Shown here piece by piece: positions 1-9,816 of a DNA stretch of 64,000 nucleotides. The stretch covers positions 256,001-320,000 of the forward strand of contig CAVRZA010000006.1 in the NCBI GenBank assembly GCA_963725665.1. Reading direction: 5' to 3'. This stretch comes from an uncultured Actinomycetes bacterium. Lineage in GTDB: Bacteria; Actinomycetota; Thermoleophilia; UBA2241. Every line of letters starts with the position of its first letter. Within the stretch, counting starts at the first letter, position 1. A program made the position numbers and the translations under genes. The notes beneath the pieces are model-generated. The model made no database searches and was not told where the DNA came from. It worked only from the letters and a program-made list of their open reading frames with translations.

Positions 1-1035
1 CCCGCCGCCTACGTCACCGGTACGGTGGAGACGCCGGTCGACGCAGTCCCACGGGTGTCCCGTGTCATCACGCGCGCCGACCGCATGGGCGCCTGGCGCG
101 TGCGCTGGGGAATCGGCCGCGGCGACTACCGCGTCAAGCCCGGCCTCTACGCCGTGGGAGAGCCAGTGGCGACCTCCCCCGTGCTCGTGACCGCAAACTA
201 CAAGCTGACGTTCGACCAGGTGCGCTCTTCGCTCGACGAGCTCGACGCCTGGCTCGTGGTCGTTGACACCCGCGGAATCAACGTCTGGTGTGCGGCAGGG
301 AAGGGCACGTTCTGCGCCGATGAGGTTGCCCGCGTGGTTCGCGAGACACGCCTGACTGAGATCGTCAGCCACCGGCGCCTGGTTCTGCCGCAGCTCTCGG
401 CGCCCGGAGTGGCAGCCCACCTGGTCAAGGAAGCTTGTGGCTTTCGCGTGTCCTTCGGACCGGTGCGCGCTGCCGACCTGCCCGCGTTCATCACCGCCGG
501 CATGAAGGCCGACGCCGAGATGCGCAGGGTGACCTTCGACGTGCGCGAGCGCGCCGTGCTCACGCCCGTCGAGCTTGCCGTCGCCTGGGATCGCCGCATG
601 TTGCTGGCCTACGGCGGCATTCTGGCGGCCTCGGCGATCGGTCGCGACGGGGTCTCGCTGCGTCGCTCCCTGCGCAGCGGGGCGCCAGTGATCGGCGCCG
701 CATGGCTCGCCCTGCTGGCCGGCGGCGCCGTGACGCCGCTGGCGCTGCCTTGGTTGCCCGGCCGCGCCTTCTCGCTGAAGGGCGCCGTGGCCGGAGGACT
801 GCTGGCAGCTGCTGCCACAGCGACGTTCCGAAAGCGTCTCTCTCCCGCCGCCAAGCTCGCTCTTCTTGCGGGCGTCCCGGCGGTCTCCTCGTATGCCGCC
901 ATGAACTTCACCGGCACCTCGCCGATTACCTCGCCCTCCGGCGTGGAGCTTGAGATGCGCAAGGCGCTACCTTTACAGGGCGCGGCATCCGTGGTGGCGA
1001 TCGGCGCTTGGCTGGCCAGCAGAATGGGAAGGTGA
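1..1035 (+). CDS. hgcA: Mercury methylation corrinoid protein HgcA (5' end runs off the window)
   Basis: Diagnostic cap-helix motif GINVWCAAGKG, TANYKLTFD and LPQLSAPGV motifs, C-terminal hydrophobic helices; frame is open back to base 1; followed by an hgcB-type ferredoxin. Confidence 0.95.
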   Translation, partial: PAAYVTGTVETPVDAVPRVSRVITRADRMGAWRVRWGIGRGDYRVKPGLYAVGEPVATSPVLVTANYKLTFDQVRSSLDELDAWLVVVDTRGINVWCAAGKGTFCADEVARVVRETRLTEIVSHRRLVLPQLSAPGVAAHLVKEACGFRVSFGPVRAADLPAFITAGMKADAEMRRVTFDVRERAVLTPVELAVAWDRRMLLAYGGILAASAIGRDGVSLRRSLRSGAPVIGAAWLALLAGGAVTPLALPWLPGRAFSLKGAVAGGLLAAAATATFRKRLSPAAKLALLAGVPAVSSYAAMNFTGTSPITSPSGVELEMRKALPLQGAASVVAIGAWLASRMGR

Positions 1036-1040
1036 GGGCG

Positions 1041-1317
1041 ATGTCCGAGTTGCGCTACATCGACGACGCCGTGACTTTGCAGCTCGACCCCACCCGCTGC
1101 AACGGCTGCGGGCTGTGCGTCGCCGTCTGCCCGCGAGGCGTCTTTGCCATCGCCGATGGCCGCGCCACGCTCGTGGACCGCGGCGCCTGCATCGAGTGCG
1201 GCGCCTGCGCCCTCAACTGCGCTGCCCGGGGCCATCGGTGTCGAGCCCGGCGTCGGCTGCGCGCAGGCGATCATCAACGGGTGGCTGACCGGTCGCGAGC
1301 CAAGCTGCGACTGTTAG
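1041..1317 (+). CDS. hgcB: HgcB 2[4Fe-4S] ferredoxin, with an apparent +1 frameshift at ~1227
   Basis: CNGCGLCVAVCP and CIECGACALNC motifs. Removing one C at ~1227 gives GAIGVEPGVGCAQAIINGWLTGREPSCDC-TAG, the HgcB-type C-terminus (GVGC plus terminal cysteines). Confidence 0.9.
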
Positions 1318-1794
1318 ACGCCACGCTCGCAGTCCTCGCCGCTGCCGTATTGCTTGACTCTGATGACTCGTCCCGTCTCTCTCAGTCCGTGCCCTGAGGC
1401 TACGGGAGATCGGACTGTTGCCGTGTCGGTCTCCGCGCGTGCGTGGGGTGAGCGGATTCGGGGTGGGCCATGAACGAAGAGTCGAAGTGCACGGACCTCG
1501 GGTGTGGTTTCAGCCCCGAGATCCGCGACGACGGCCGATGAGAGCAGCGCAGGTTCCGACACCTCTTTCGGAGCAAGATTCGGCGGGCGGCCGCGCTGAC
1601 CGCGGAGAGGCTCAGGTCGGGCGCGACCCAGTGGACTGTGGCTGGGAGCTGTAGAGGACGCCGTGGGCTTCCTCGATAGGGATTCGAGGACTGGACGCCG
1701 CTTCGATAGGGTCGCGCGTCTGGTCGAAGGGTTCGAGACACCCTTCGGTCTCGGCGATGACTCGTGCTCGCCTGGGCGGCGACCGTGTCTGCGC

Positions 1795-2310
1795 TCAGAC
1801 GATCTCGACCTCGACGGAAGTCACCGGAGATTCGCGCACGGTGCACGCCACGGGTGAATGAGCGTCGCCCCATGTGGCGAGTGCGCGCAAGTCGTCGGGT
1901 GCCACGTTGTCTGCCCCGATCCTGACTCGTATGCGCATCGTGGTGAATGCCGCCGAGACGCCCTCATCTAGACCGAGCAGGCCGCGTTGATCTTGCTCGC
2001 TCTCGACGGTGGTCTCAAGCGTCGTCAGGTGGACGCCAATCCGTGCCGCGCGCATGGCGATGACGGTGGCTGTGCAAGAAGCGATTGCTCCACGGAGCAA
2101 CCACCCCGGGGCCGGCGCGCTTGCCGCACCGCCCAGCGCCGCCGGCATGTCGGTGAAGGCGATCTCACCCGTCGGGCCGGTCACTTCGAATCGAAGCTCC
2201 TCCACTAGGCGTGCTGTTGCGGGAGTGCCCTTCGTGTGCGCCTTCTCCGGGTCGGCGACGAATACGTCGCTGACCTTCTGCAGCGCATCGCTGATGCTTG
2301 TGGTGCTCAT
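1795..2310 (-). CDS. OsmC/Ohr family protein
   Basis: DMPAALGG..AP.PG.LL.GAIASC and HSPVACT motifs typical of OsmC-like proteins; RBS aggag upstream. Confidence 0.75.
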   Translation of the reverse strand: MSTTSISDALQKVSDVFVADPEKAHTKGTPATARLVEELRFEVTGPTGEIAFTDMPAALGGAASAPAPGWLLRGAIASCTATVIAMRAARIGVHLTTLETTVESEQDQRGLLGLDEGVSAAFTTMRIRVRIGADNVAPDDLRALATWGDAHSPVACTVRESPVTSVEVEIV

Positions 2311-2437
2311 GTCATCTCCTTGAGGTGGGCGAACCCCGGACTCGCCGGCCGATGTTCGGTTCTCGTCTCTCTCTTGTGCTGGCCGACGGGCACTTTACGC
2401 AAACCGTAAGGAGGAAACCTCGGCGCTGTCATCCGAC

Positions 2438-2788
2438 TCAGAAGACGAGCACCTTCTCCGCCGAGCGCGTGCGCTGGGCAAGCTCGTCCATCGAGCTGCG
2501 CCGCGCCCCGCTCATGGTCTCATCTTCGCCCATGCCGCGAGCGTCCATGCACGTGCCGCAAAGCAGCACCTCGCCCTTGCGCGCCAGGGGCTTGAGCATG
2601 CGCTCGAGGTTGTAGTACCCATCCGGCGTCTGCTGGCCCGTCTTCGCGCACACCACCGCATCGCCCATGAGAAAGACGGTGATCTCGGCCTCGGGCTCCG
2701 GCCTCTGCAGGTTCATCGCCAGGCGCAGAGCGCTGTAGCTGCGCTCCGTGCCGTACGCCGCGTCGTTAAGGACGAAAAGGTAGTTCAC
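2438..2788 (-). CDS. DsrE/YchN family sulfur-relay-like protein
   Basis: AAYGTERSYSALRLA, VFLMGDAV.CAK.GQ.TPDGYYN and CGTCMDARG match the YchN/DsrE family. Confidence 0.85.
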   Translation of the reverse strand: MNYLFVLNDAAYGTERSYSALRLAMNLQRPEPEAEITVFLMGDAVVCAKTGQQTPDGYYNLERMLKPLARKGEVLLCGTCMDARGMGEDETMSGARRSSMDELAQRTRSAEKVLVF

Positions 2789-2799
2789 GCGCCCTCCTT

Positions 2800-3327
2800 T
2801 CAACCGCCTTGGGAGGCTTCCACGCGGGTCACGAGCGGCATCGGGTTGCGGATGCAGTAGACGCCCGGGCAGCGCTCGTCGGCGCGCGACTTGAGGTTGT
2901 CGAGGACCTCCGGCGAGGCGTCCGCGACCGCCTCAAGCGTCCAGGTGATCTGCTCGACGGGCGGGCGTTCGCTGATACCCAAGGCGCGCGACATGTCGAC
3001 CACGGTCGTGATCCGACCGTGCAGGGCCTTCAGCTCGACGCCCTCACGGGCGGCCTCGATGGCGAAGGTCATGGCGTAGCAGGCCAGGCCTCCCCAGAGG
3101 CAGTAGGCGAGCGGGTTCGGCGCTGCGCCGCTGCCTCCTAAGGCGGCAGGAAAGTCGCAGAGGAACTCGACCTCCCCCTTGGGATAGGGAATCGTGCCGC
3201 GGAACTGTGGTCCGCCCGTACCGGCGTTCCACTCTCCCCTGAGGTCGACTGGCTGCAGTACGGCGCTCGGGTCCTGACGGCCCTTGTCCGCCGTCTGCTC
3301 GAGGGCCTCGACATCGACGTTGTGCAT
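2800..3327 (-). CDS. OsmC-like protein
   Basis: DFPAALGGSGAAPNPLAYCL.GGLAC and RCP motifs; RBS gaaggagg. Confidence 0.75.
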   Translation of the reverse strand: MHNVDVEALEQTADKGRQDPSAVLQPVDLRGEWNAGTGGPQFRGTIPYPKGEVEFLCDFPAALGGSGAAPNPLAYCLWGGLACYAMTFAIEAAREGVELKALHGRITTVVDMSRALGISERPPVEQITWTLEAVADASPEVLDNLKSRADERCPGVYCIRNPMPLVTRVEASQGG

Positions 3328-3528
3328 GGTTCCTCCTTCGGCGAAGAGCACCAATCATGTCTCGGGGCAACTGGCGAGACAACTGTTGATCAGACCGGCG
3401 TGGGCGCGCGGTCGAGCGCCTAACACCAGCCCCGACACTAGTGACGCGAAGAGAACCGGAGGGGAGCACAGGTCTCGCGGGCGACGCGGTGGTCGCCGCT
3501 AGGCGGCGGGCAGTGGCACTTGGTCGCC

Positions 3529-4185
3529 CTAGTGGTCATCCGAGCAGTCGTCGCACCGGCGCCCGGTCCTCGCCGCCTCCAGGGCCTCGTTGGCCTCGCC
3601 CCTGATCCACCAGATCATCGCCAGGCCGGCGAGTGGGTCGGCCCACCACCAGCCGAAAGCACGGTTCAGCAGCAGGCCGAAGAGCAGAACGGCCGCCATG
3701 TAGATGCAGACCAGGGAGCAGGCCGCATCGCCGCGCAGGGCCGGACTGTCCAGGCGCCCGGCAAGGCCGAGCCTCCAGCGCCAGAGCACCGGCATGACGA
3801 TCAGCGCCGCCATCGCGAGGACGATACCCACGGTCGACGCCTCCGGCTCGCTGCGGGTGAGAAGGCTCCACGCGGAGGAGACGACGATGTAGCCGATGAG
3901 GCCATACAGGCCCCAGCCGACCAGCCGGGAGGCCTGCCTCTCGCGCCCGTCGAGCTCCTCGTCGGTCGCCCGGTCTGTGTGGAGGAGCAGCTGCCGCAGG
4001 ACGATTAGAGACGTGAAGATCTCGATGCCGCTATCGACGCCGAACGTGGTCAGGGCCACCGAGCGGGCGGCGATGCCGGCGACAAGGGCGACGACGAGCT
4101 CGATGACCATCCAGCCGGCGGTGAGGGTCTGGGCCAAACGGGCCTGGCGGATCAGCTCGATCTTCGGCTGGGCGATGGTACTCAC
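3529..4185 (-). CDS. Cation-efflux (CDF) transmembrane-domain protein
   Basis: Six hydrophobic segments with FGVDSGIE, ALRGDA and WWWADP motifs typical of short CDF-like transporters. Confidence 0.75.
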   Translation of the reverse strand: MSTIAQPKIELIRQARLAQTLTAGWMVIELVVALVAGIAARSVALTTFGVDSGIEIFTSLIVLRQLLLHTDRATDEELDGRERQASRLVGWGLYGLIGYIVVSSAWSLLTRSEPEASTVGIVLAMAALIVMPVLWRWRLGLAGRLDSPALRGDAACSLVCIYMAAVLLFGLLLNRAFGWWWADPLAGLAMIWWIRGEANEALEAARTGRRCDDCSDDH

Positions 4186-4377
4186 GCCGTGGACGATACC
4201 CGCTTGGCAACGTATCCAGCGCGACAGACTGGCGACCTCGTCGTGCGCTCACGAGGAGGACAGGCGATGCGACGGCGCGGAAGGTGATCGCTGAGACCAC
4301 CGGTGCGCGGATTCGACGTCGAGGCCGGCGCCCGTTCCCGCCCCGGGCGAAACCCAATGCTGCCTGCCCGGGCGCGC

Positions 4378-4899
4378 CTAGTGGAGCGTCTTCAGGTAGG
4401 CGAGCAGGTCGGCCCATTGAGGACCGGTGAGCTGCCATTGCGGCATGGGCGACTCCAGGCGGCTGCCCTGCGGGTCGAGGCCCTGCGTGACGGCCGTGCG
4501 CAGCGTGGCATCCGTGTACGTGGGGCCGCGCGTGCCGTCCGGCTGCAGCATGCCCTGCGGGTCGGTCAGGTTGCTGTAGGTGATGTTCGGCGCAGTGAAC
4601 GCCAGCGTGGTGCGTCCGTGACCGTCGGAGCCATGGCAGGTCGCGCAGCCGGCGCGCATCATGCCGCCGCTCGCTCCGCTGCCGCCCATCCCACCGCCGT
4701 TCATCATGCCACCGCCGCCGCTGCTCGCTCGCGGTATTGGCTGTCCGTCAAGGACGCCCGTTTGGTAGATGGTCTTACCCGCGGCCAGCGGGGTCGTCGA
4801 GGTCCCCGGGGACAGGGCGACTACGAGGAAGATGACCGCCGCCACGACAGCTACAACAAGCGCGCTCGCGGCAATCCACAGGTCCCTCGGTCGATGCAT
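4378..4899 (-). CDS. Membrane-anchored c-type cytochrome
   Basis: N-terminal TM helix, Gly/Met-rich linker, CATCH heme motif, distal MP (SPMPQW). Confidence 0.8.
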   Translation of the reverse strand: MHRPRDLWIAASALVVAVVAAVIFLVVALSPGTSTTPLAAGKTIYQTGVLDGQPIPRASSGGGGMMNGGGMGGSGASGGMMRAGCATCHGSDGHGRTTLAFTAPNITYSNLTDPQGMLQPDGTRGPTYTDATLRTAVTQGLDPQGSRLESPMPQWQLTGPQWADLLAYLKTLH

Positions 4900-4937
4900 G
4901 CTCCCCCCAATGGCCTCGAGCGCAGCGCAGTCCGCAG

Positions 4938-5189
4938 CTAGAGGTCCTGCAGCTTCTGCTGGTACTCCTCACGGTCGATCTCGCCGGCGGCATAGCGCCG
5001 CTTGAGGATATCGCGCGGCGACTCCGAAGTCCCTCCTGCCATGCTCGCGCTGCTCGTTCCTGAAGCCGCACGCACGAAGTAGATGACCGCTACCACCACG
5101 GCAACGACGATCACCACCATGAGGACGAAGAGCAGCCACGCTTCCCAGGAAGTGCCTCCGTGCCACGGGCTGTGCCAATTGTCCATCAT
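4938..5189 (-). CDS. SHOCT-domain membrane protein
   Basis: Single TM helix followed by ILKRRYAAGEIDREEY SHOCT motif. Confidence 0.8.
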   Translation of the reverse strand: MMDNWHSPWHGGTSWEAWLLFVLMVVIVVAVVVAVIYFVRAASGTSSASMAGGTSESPRDILKRRYAAGEIDREEYQQKLQDL

Positions 5190-5592
5190 CGCAATGGACT
5201 CCCTTCGCCGGCGCCGGTCGATCTCGTGGTCTCCACAACGAGGTGCGGATGCGACTTCCTTACCGTCTTCTCATGCCACCCGGAGGATATTCCCACACTC
5301 TTGGCCTAGTGCTGGCCCCGCCCCTCCGGGGCGATGGCGACATCGTTGAGCGTGGGAGCCGACGATCGCGTACCACTCTGTGCTCTGCCGTCACCACCAA
5401 GTCTCGTCGGCAGAAGGCGGCAAGAGGCCGATATCGGGCCAGGCGTCTCGGGCGACGTCGGAAGAGTCCGTCACCGTCCGCTCGTCGCTCAGGCAGCGTC
5501 ACAGGTTATGGAGTTCTGTCGAGCAAGAGAATCATTCGCACGTGCAGCTGCTTCAAGGCAAACGCCGACGTGGTGCCGACGGGTGAGTGCTG

Positions 5593-6864
5593 GAATGCCA
5601 TGAAGAGGGGCCTCATGGTGGCAAGCTCCGCGTGTCAGCGACGGAGCGACCAAGGAGGCCCCAGCGATGTTGTACGCCGGATTGGACCTGTCAAGGAAGC
5701 GCTTGGACGTTTGCCTGCTCGACGAGCGCGGTGAGAAGCTGGCGGTCACAGCGGCGCCACCCGACGGCGACGGCCTGCGCGGCCTGGCGGCGCGTCTCGC
5801 CGTGCACGGCGACGCCGGTGCGCGCCGCCATCGAGTCGATGAACGGCGCCCGCTTCATCCACGACACCCTCGAGCTCTGCGGCTGGCAGGTCACGGTCGC
5901 CGACGCCCAGAGGGTCAAGGGCCTCGCGCCCCTGGCCTGCAAGACCGACCGCATCGACGCCTGGGTGCTGGCCGAGCTGAGCCGCCTCGATCTGGTGCCG
6001 GCCATCTGGCTGCCCTCCCCGGAGGTGCGCGCCGAGCGCGAGCGGGCCCGCTTTCGCCTCCACCTCGTGCGTCACTGCGGGGCCTTAAAGAACCGCATCC
6101 ACGCCACGCTGTTTGCCTTCGGCTGCCCCTGTCCAGTCGCCGACCTCTTCGGCGAGTCGGGACGCCGGCTGCTGGCGCGCCTTGAGCTGCCCGAGTCCTG
6201 GGCTGCGACCACCCAGGCCAGCCTGCGCCTCATCGAGGAGCTCGACGAGGAGATCGCTGACTGCGAGGCCGAGCTGCGCACCCTGGGCGCCGACCACCCC
6301 TACGTGCCCCTGCTCATGACGGCCCCCGGGATCGCCTGGGTGCTGGCCTACACGATCGCCGCCGAGATCGGCGAGATCGAGCGCTTCGCTTCCCCCAAGA
6401 AGCTCTGCGGCTACAGCGGCCTCTGCCCGCGCGTCTACCAGTCGGGCGGCAAGGACTACCGCGGGCCGCTGGCCAAGAACGGTCCCGCCTACCTGCGCTG
6501 GGCCTTGATCGAGGCCACCGTGCACGCCTGCCGCCATCCCGCCTACGCCGCCCACTACGCGCACACCAAGCGGCGCCTCGGCCGCCAGCGCGGCGCCAAG
6601 GTCGCCCACGTCGAGATCGCCCGCAAGCTGGCCGAGGCGATCTGGTACATGCTCACCCGCAGCCAACCGTTTGCCCCGGCAGGCCCCGCAAGACCTCTGG
6701 TCGCCTAGACGACCCCTGTTGGAGATGGGCCACCGCGGCAAGCTCCCACCCGACCTGATCCTCCCGCCACGAGGAGGCGATAGAGAGATGAGCACCACTC
6801 GCCGGCGTATCCGCGCGCCGACCGAGAGCACGCAGTGGGTTGCGTGACGGCCCCTCTTCATAGA
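5593..6864 (+). mobile_element. IS110-family element, IS1111 type (ends approximate)
   Basis: Perfect 13-bp subterminal inverted repeats ATGAAGAGGGGCC (5600-5612) and GGCCCCTCTTCAT (6849-6861); about 140 nt non-coding region after the transposase. Confidence 0.8.
5667..6708 (+). CDS. IS110-family DEDD recombinase/transposase, frameshift at ~5810
   Basis: MLYAGLDLS start in one frame; AIES, KTDRIDA and YSGLCPRVYQSG motifs in the next frame. Confidence 0.9.
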
Positions 6865-7080
6865 GAGGTCTTGTTGTCGTGCCCCCAAGAGGGAAGTGGC
6901 GGATTTGCGCGCGGTCTACACGCAACGCCGACGCGATGCCGACTCACGGCCGCGCCAATCTGCCGACCTCGTTCCATGAGCATCGCGCCAGCAGGGCGGC
7001 GGAGTACCGAGGGGTCAGCCGGATCGGTTTGGCCGTCGCGCTGCAGCCCGTACGAAGCCTTCAAACGGCGTCCCGCACCC

Positions 7081-9537
7081 TCAGTCGACACACTCCGCGA
7101 CTCTGAGTCGACCGGCGATCAGGCGGCGACACTCCTCGCCCGGCTGCGGCCGGCCAAGGAGGTAGCCCTGCGCGGCGTCGCAGCCGAGCTCGCGCAAGAA
7201 GGCCAGCTGCTCCGCTGTCTCGACCCCCTCGGCCACCGCACCTAGCCCGAGGCTCTCGCTCAGACCGACGACGCCGGAGACGATCGCCCCCGCCCCCTCG
7301 TCGTCGCAAAGGCGCGCCACGAAGGAGCGGTCGATCTTGACACGGTCGATAGGCAGTCGGTGGAGACGGCTCAAAGAGGAGTAGCCCGTGCCGAAGTCAT
7401 CCAGGGCGACGGTCACGCCCATGTCGTGCAGCTCGCCCAGCAGTCTGGCAGCAAGCTGTTCGTCGGCCATGATGGCCGTCTCAGTGAGCTCCAGCTCGAG
7501 CTGTTGTGGGGCAAGGCCGCTCGCCTCTAGGGCCGCCGTGATCGAGCGCACAAGGCCGGGTCGCTGCAAGCGCCGGGCCGAGACGTTGACGGCCAGGCGC
7601 AGTGGGCGGGCCGCGAGATCCCGCCAGAGCGAAGCTTCGTGACAGGCCATCTGCAGCACCCAGTCGTCCAGCGAGGCAAGCAGGCCGATCTCTTCCGCGA
7701 CGGGGATGAACTCGCCCGCCGCGAGCAGGCCACGCGCGGGGTGCTGCCAGCGTAGGAGGGCCTCCAGGGCCACGATCTCGCCGCTGCCGAGCTCCACCAC
7801 GGGTTGGTAGTGGAGGGTGAACTCGCCCCGCTCCAGGGCGGCGCGCAGCTCATGCTCCAGTGTCAGCCGTTCGCCTGCCCGGGGGTTCATGGCAGCGTCA
7901 TAGAAGCGGCAGCTGTCGCCGCCAACCGCCTTCGCCCGGCGCATCGCCGTGTCGGCGTTCTCTAGCAGCGTCTGGGCATCGCCAGCGTCGGCCGGGTAGA
8001 AGGCGACGCCGGCACTGACCGTAGTAAAGAAGGCATGCCCCTCGACTTCCCAGGGCTCGCGGAAGGCGGCGAGGATCTTCTCCGCGACCAGGGGCACGTC
8101 CTTGGACCTACGCAGCCCGGGCATGAGGACAGCGAACTCGTCGCCGCCGGAGCGTGCCACTGTGTCGCCGGTGCGCACCGTCTCGCTCAGGCGAGCCGCA
8201 ACACGCTGCAGGAGAGCATCGGCGGCGGCCTGACCGATGGTGTCGTTGACGTCCTTGAAGCGGTCCAGGTCGACCACGATGAGCGCCACCCTGTAGCCAT
8301 CCCGCTCCGCTACGTCGATCGCCTGCCGCGCGCGGTCGCGCAGCAGGCCTCGGTTGGGCAGGCCCGTGAGCGCATCGTGGAAGGCCAGCCGCTCGATCAG
8401 GTCCTCGGCTCGCTTGCGGTCGCTAAGATCGGTGACCACAGCGATTGCGCCACTCACCTCGCGCCTCGAGCCCAGAAGCGGGGAGGCGGTGAGATTGATC
8501 CAGCGCTCCTCATCTCCGGCGCCGCGATAGGGGCCTTCGTAGGAGCCCACACCGCCGGCCAGCGCCTCGCCTATCGCCGCCGTGGCGCGCTGATCGAGCG
8601 CGCGTCGCTGGTCGAGACCGAGAAGCTCTTCCCGCGACAAGCAGGCGAGGGACGCGAAGCTCTCGTTGCAGTCACTGATGCCCAGATTCCGGTCGAAGAG
8701 GACGATGCCCAGCGGAGAGCGCTCAAAGAGTGTGCGCCGATGATGTTCGGAGGCCTTGAGCGCGGCCTTGACGTGCCTGCGCTCGGCCTCGGCCTTGCGG
8801 CGTGCGGCGATGTCGCTCTCCAGGTCGGCGGCTGTTCTCTGCAGCGCCCTCACCGTCCACTCAAGAGTGCTCGCCACCAGCCAGGCGACGATAGCGATGC
8901 CGAAGTAGGCGAGGGCAACCTGGAGCTCGAGCAGCCGCTCGCCGCCGTGGAATGCGTTCAGGGCTGCAAAAGAGGCCGCCGAGACGCCCGCCATGGGGAA
9001 GGTCGCCCAGGGCCGCAGAACGAAGGCCGCCACGACCACGGGCTCGACGAAGAGGATCTCGATGCGCTGCGGAGCGGTGTAGAGAAAGAAGACGTCCAGC
9101 CCGAACGACAGCAGGGCCAGGTGAGCCACCGCCGCCAGGGTGACGCGGCCACGACGGTTGATCAGCCAGATGGTGACGATGGCCGCGCAGAAGGCGAGGT
9201 CGGTGAGCAGGTCATAGACGGCGTTGGCGGCGCCGGCGATGAGCCATCCCCAGGTGTCGAAGACTGCGAAGCCGAGCCCCATGGGCAGCAGAGCGACGAG
9301 CAGGACGGCGAGGATCTGGCCGCGGCGACGTTGGTCTGCGTTGTCGGTCGAGACGCGTACGATCTCGGCGGCGATCAGCCTCAGGGTACGCCTCGAGACC
9401 GCCTGCCAGGGCAAAGCATCGCCGGCCAGGGCTCCGGCTCTCAATGCGTCGTTAGTCACGCACGCTCTCCCGCCATGGGGCAACTCGTCGCCCGGCGCGA
9501 GCCCTAGCGACATGCGGCCGCGCCAAGTGCAAGTCAA
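7081..9537 (-). CDS. Membrane-bound PAS-GGDEF-EAL diguanylate cyclase/phosphodiesterase (start uncertain)
   Basis: About 6 TM helices, PAS domain, HDALTGLPNR, intact GGDEF, EAL (LEALLRW), DDFGTGYSSL. Confidence 0.92.
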   Translation of the reverse strand: MTCTWRGRMSLGLAPGDELPHGGRACVTNDALRAGALAGDALPWQAVSRRTLRLIAAEIVRVSTDNADQRRRGQILAVLLVALLPMGLGFAVFDTWGWLIAGAANAVYDLLTDLAFCAAIVTIWLINRRGRVTLAAVAHLALLSFGLDVFFLYTAPQRIEILFVEPVVVAAFVLRPWATFPMAGVSAASFAALNAFHGGERLLELQVALAYFGIAIVAWLVASTLEWTVRALQRTAADLESDIAARRKAEAERRHVKAALKASEHHRRTLFERSPLGIVLFDRNLGISDCNESFASLACLSREELLGLDQRRALDQRATAAIGEALAGGVGSYEGPYRGAGDEERWINLTASPLLGSRREVSGAIAVVTDLSDRKRAEDLIERLAFHDALTGLPNRGLLRDRARQAIDVAERDGYRVALIVVDLDRFKDVNDTIGQAAADALLQRVAARLSETVRTGDTVARSGGDEFAVLMPGLRRSKDVPLVAEKILAAFREPWEVEGHAFFTTVSAGVAFYPADAGDAQTLLENADTAMRRAKAVGGDSCRFYDAAMNPRAGERLTLEHELRAALERGEFTLHYQPVVELGSGEIVALEALLRWQHPARGLLAAGEFIPVAEEIGLLASLDDWVLQMACHEASLWRDLAARPLRLAVNVSARRLQRPGLVRSITAALEASGLAPQQLELELTETAIMADEQLAARLLGELHDMGVTVALDDFGTGYSSLSRLHRLPIDRVKIDRSFVARLCDDEGAGAIVSGVVGLSESLGLGAVAEGVETAEQLAFLRELGCDAAQGYLLGRPQPGEECRRLIAGRLRVAECVD

Positions 9538-9624
9538 CCCTGTCTCGGTCTCTCACATCCTCCTCCTGGTGGCTCAATCGGCTGCACGCTCGCCGGGGGG
9601 GAGGGAACGTTCGTCCAGTTGTGC

Positions 9625-9742
9625 CCCCTCTCGATCGCGCGACGCAGGTCCGACTCCAGGGAGAGACGCTCGATGGCCGCGGTATGCCTGCTCGACTCGA
9701 ACACCTTGAGGCGGCCCTTGCTGTTGGGCTTGGCCACGCAGC
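9625..9742 (-). pseudogene. Remnant of a GGDEF-EAL linker
   Basis: Translates to AKPNSKGRLKVFESSRHTAAIERLSLESDLRRAIERG, the typical GGDEF-to-EAL junction, with no flanking domains. Confidence 0.55.
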
Positions 9743-9816
9743 GACGAGAATCCGTGGCGGCCCGGGCCGGCTGCGTGATAGCCTTTGCGGGCCTAGGAGC
9801 AGGTAAGGGGGGCTCT

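Noticed and set aside
1469-1540. Short ORF MNEESKCTDLGCGFSPEIRDDGR-TGA after hgcB as a selenopeptide or metal-binding peptide
   Set aside because: No recognisable family, no redox motif at the UGA, and the readthrough looks non-coding.
8035-9507. Long antisense and alternate-frame ORFs (e.g. 8035-9507 +, 28458-29945 -, 52245-53837 -)
   Set aside because: Shadow ORFs expected at ~70% GC, overlapping well-supported genes and lacking motifs.
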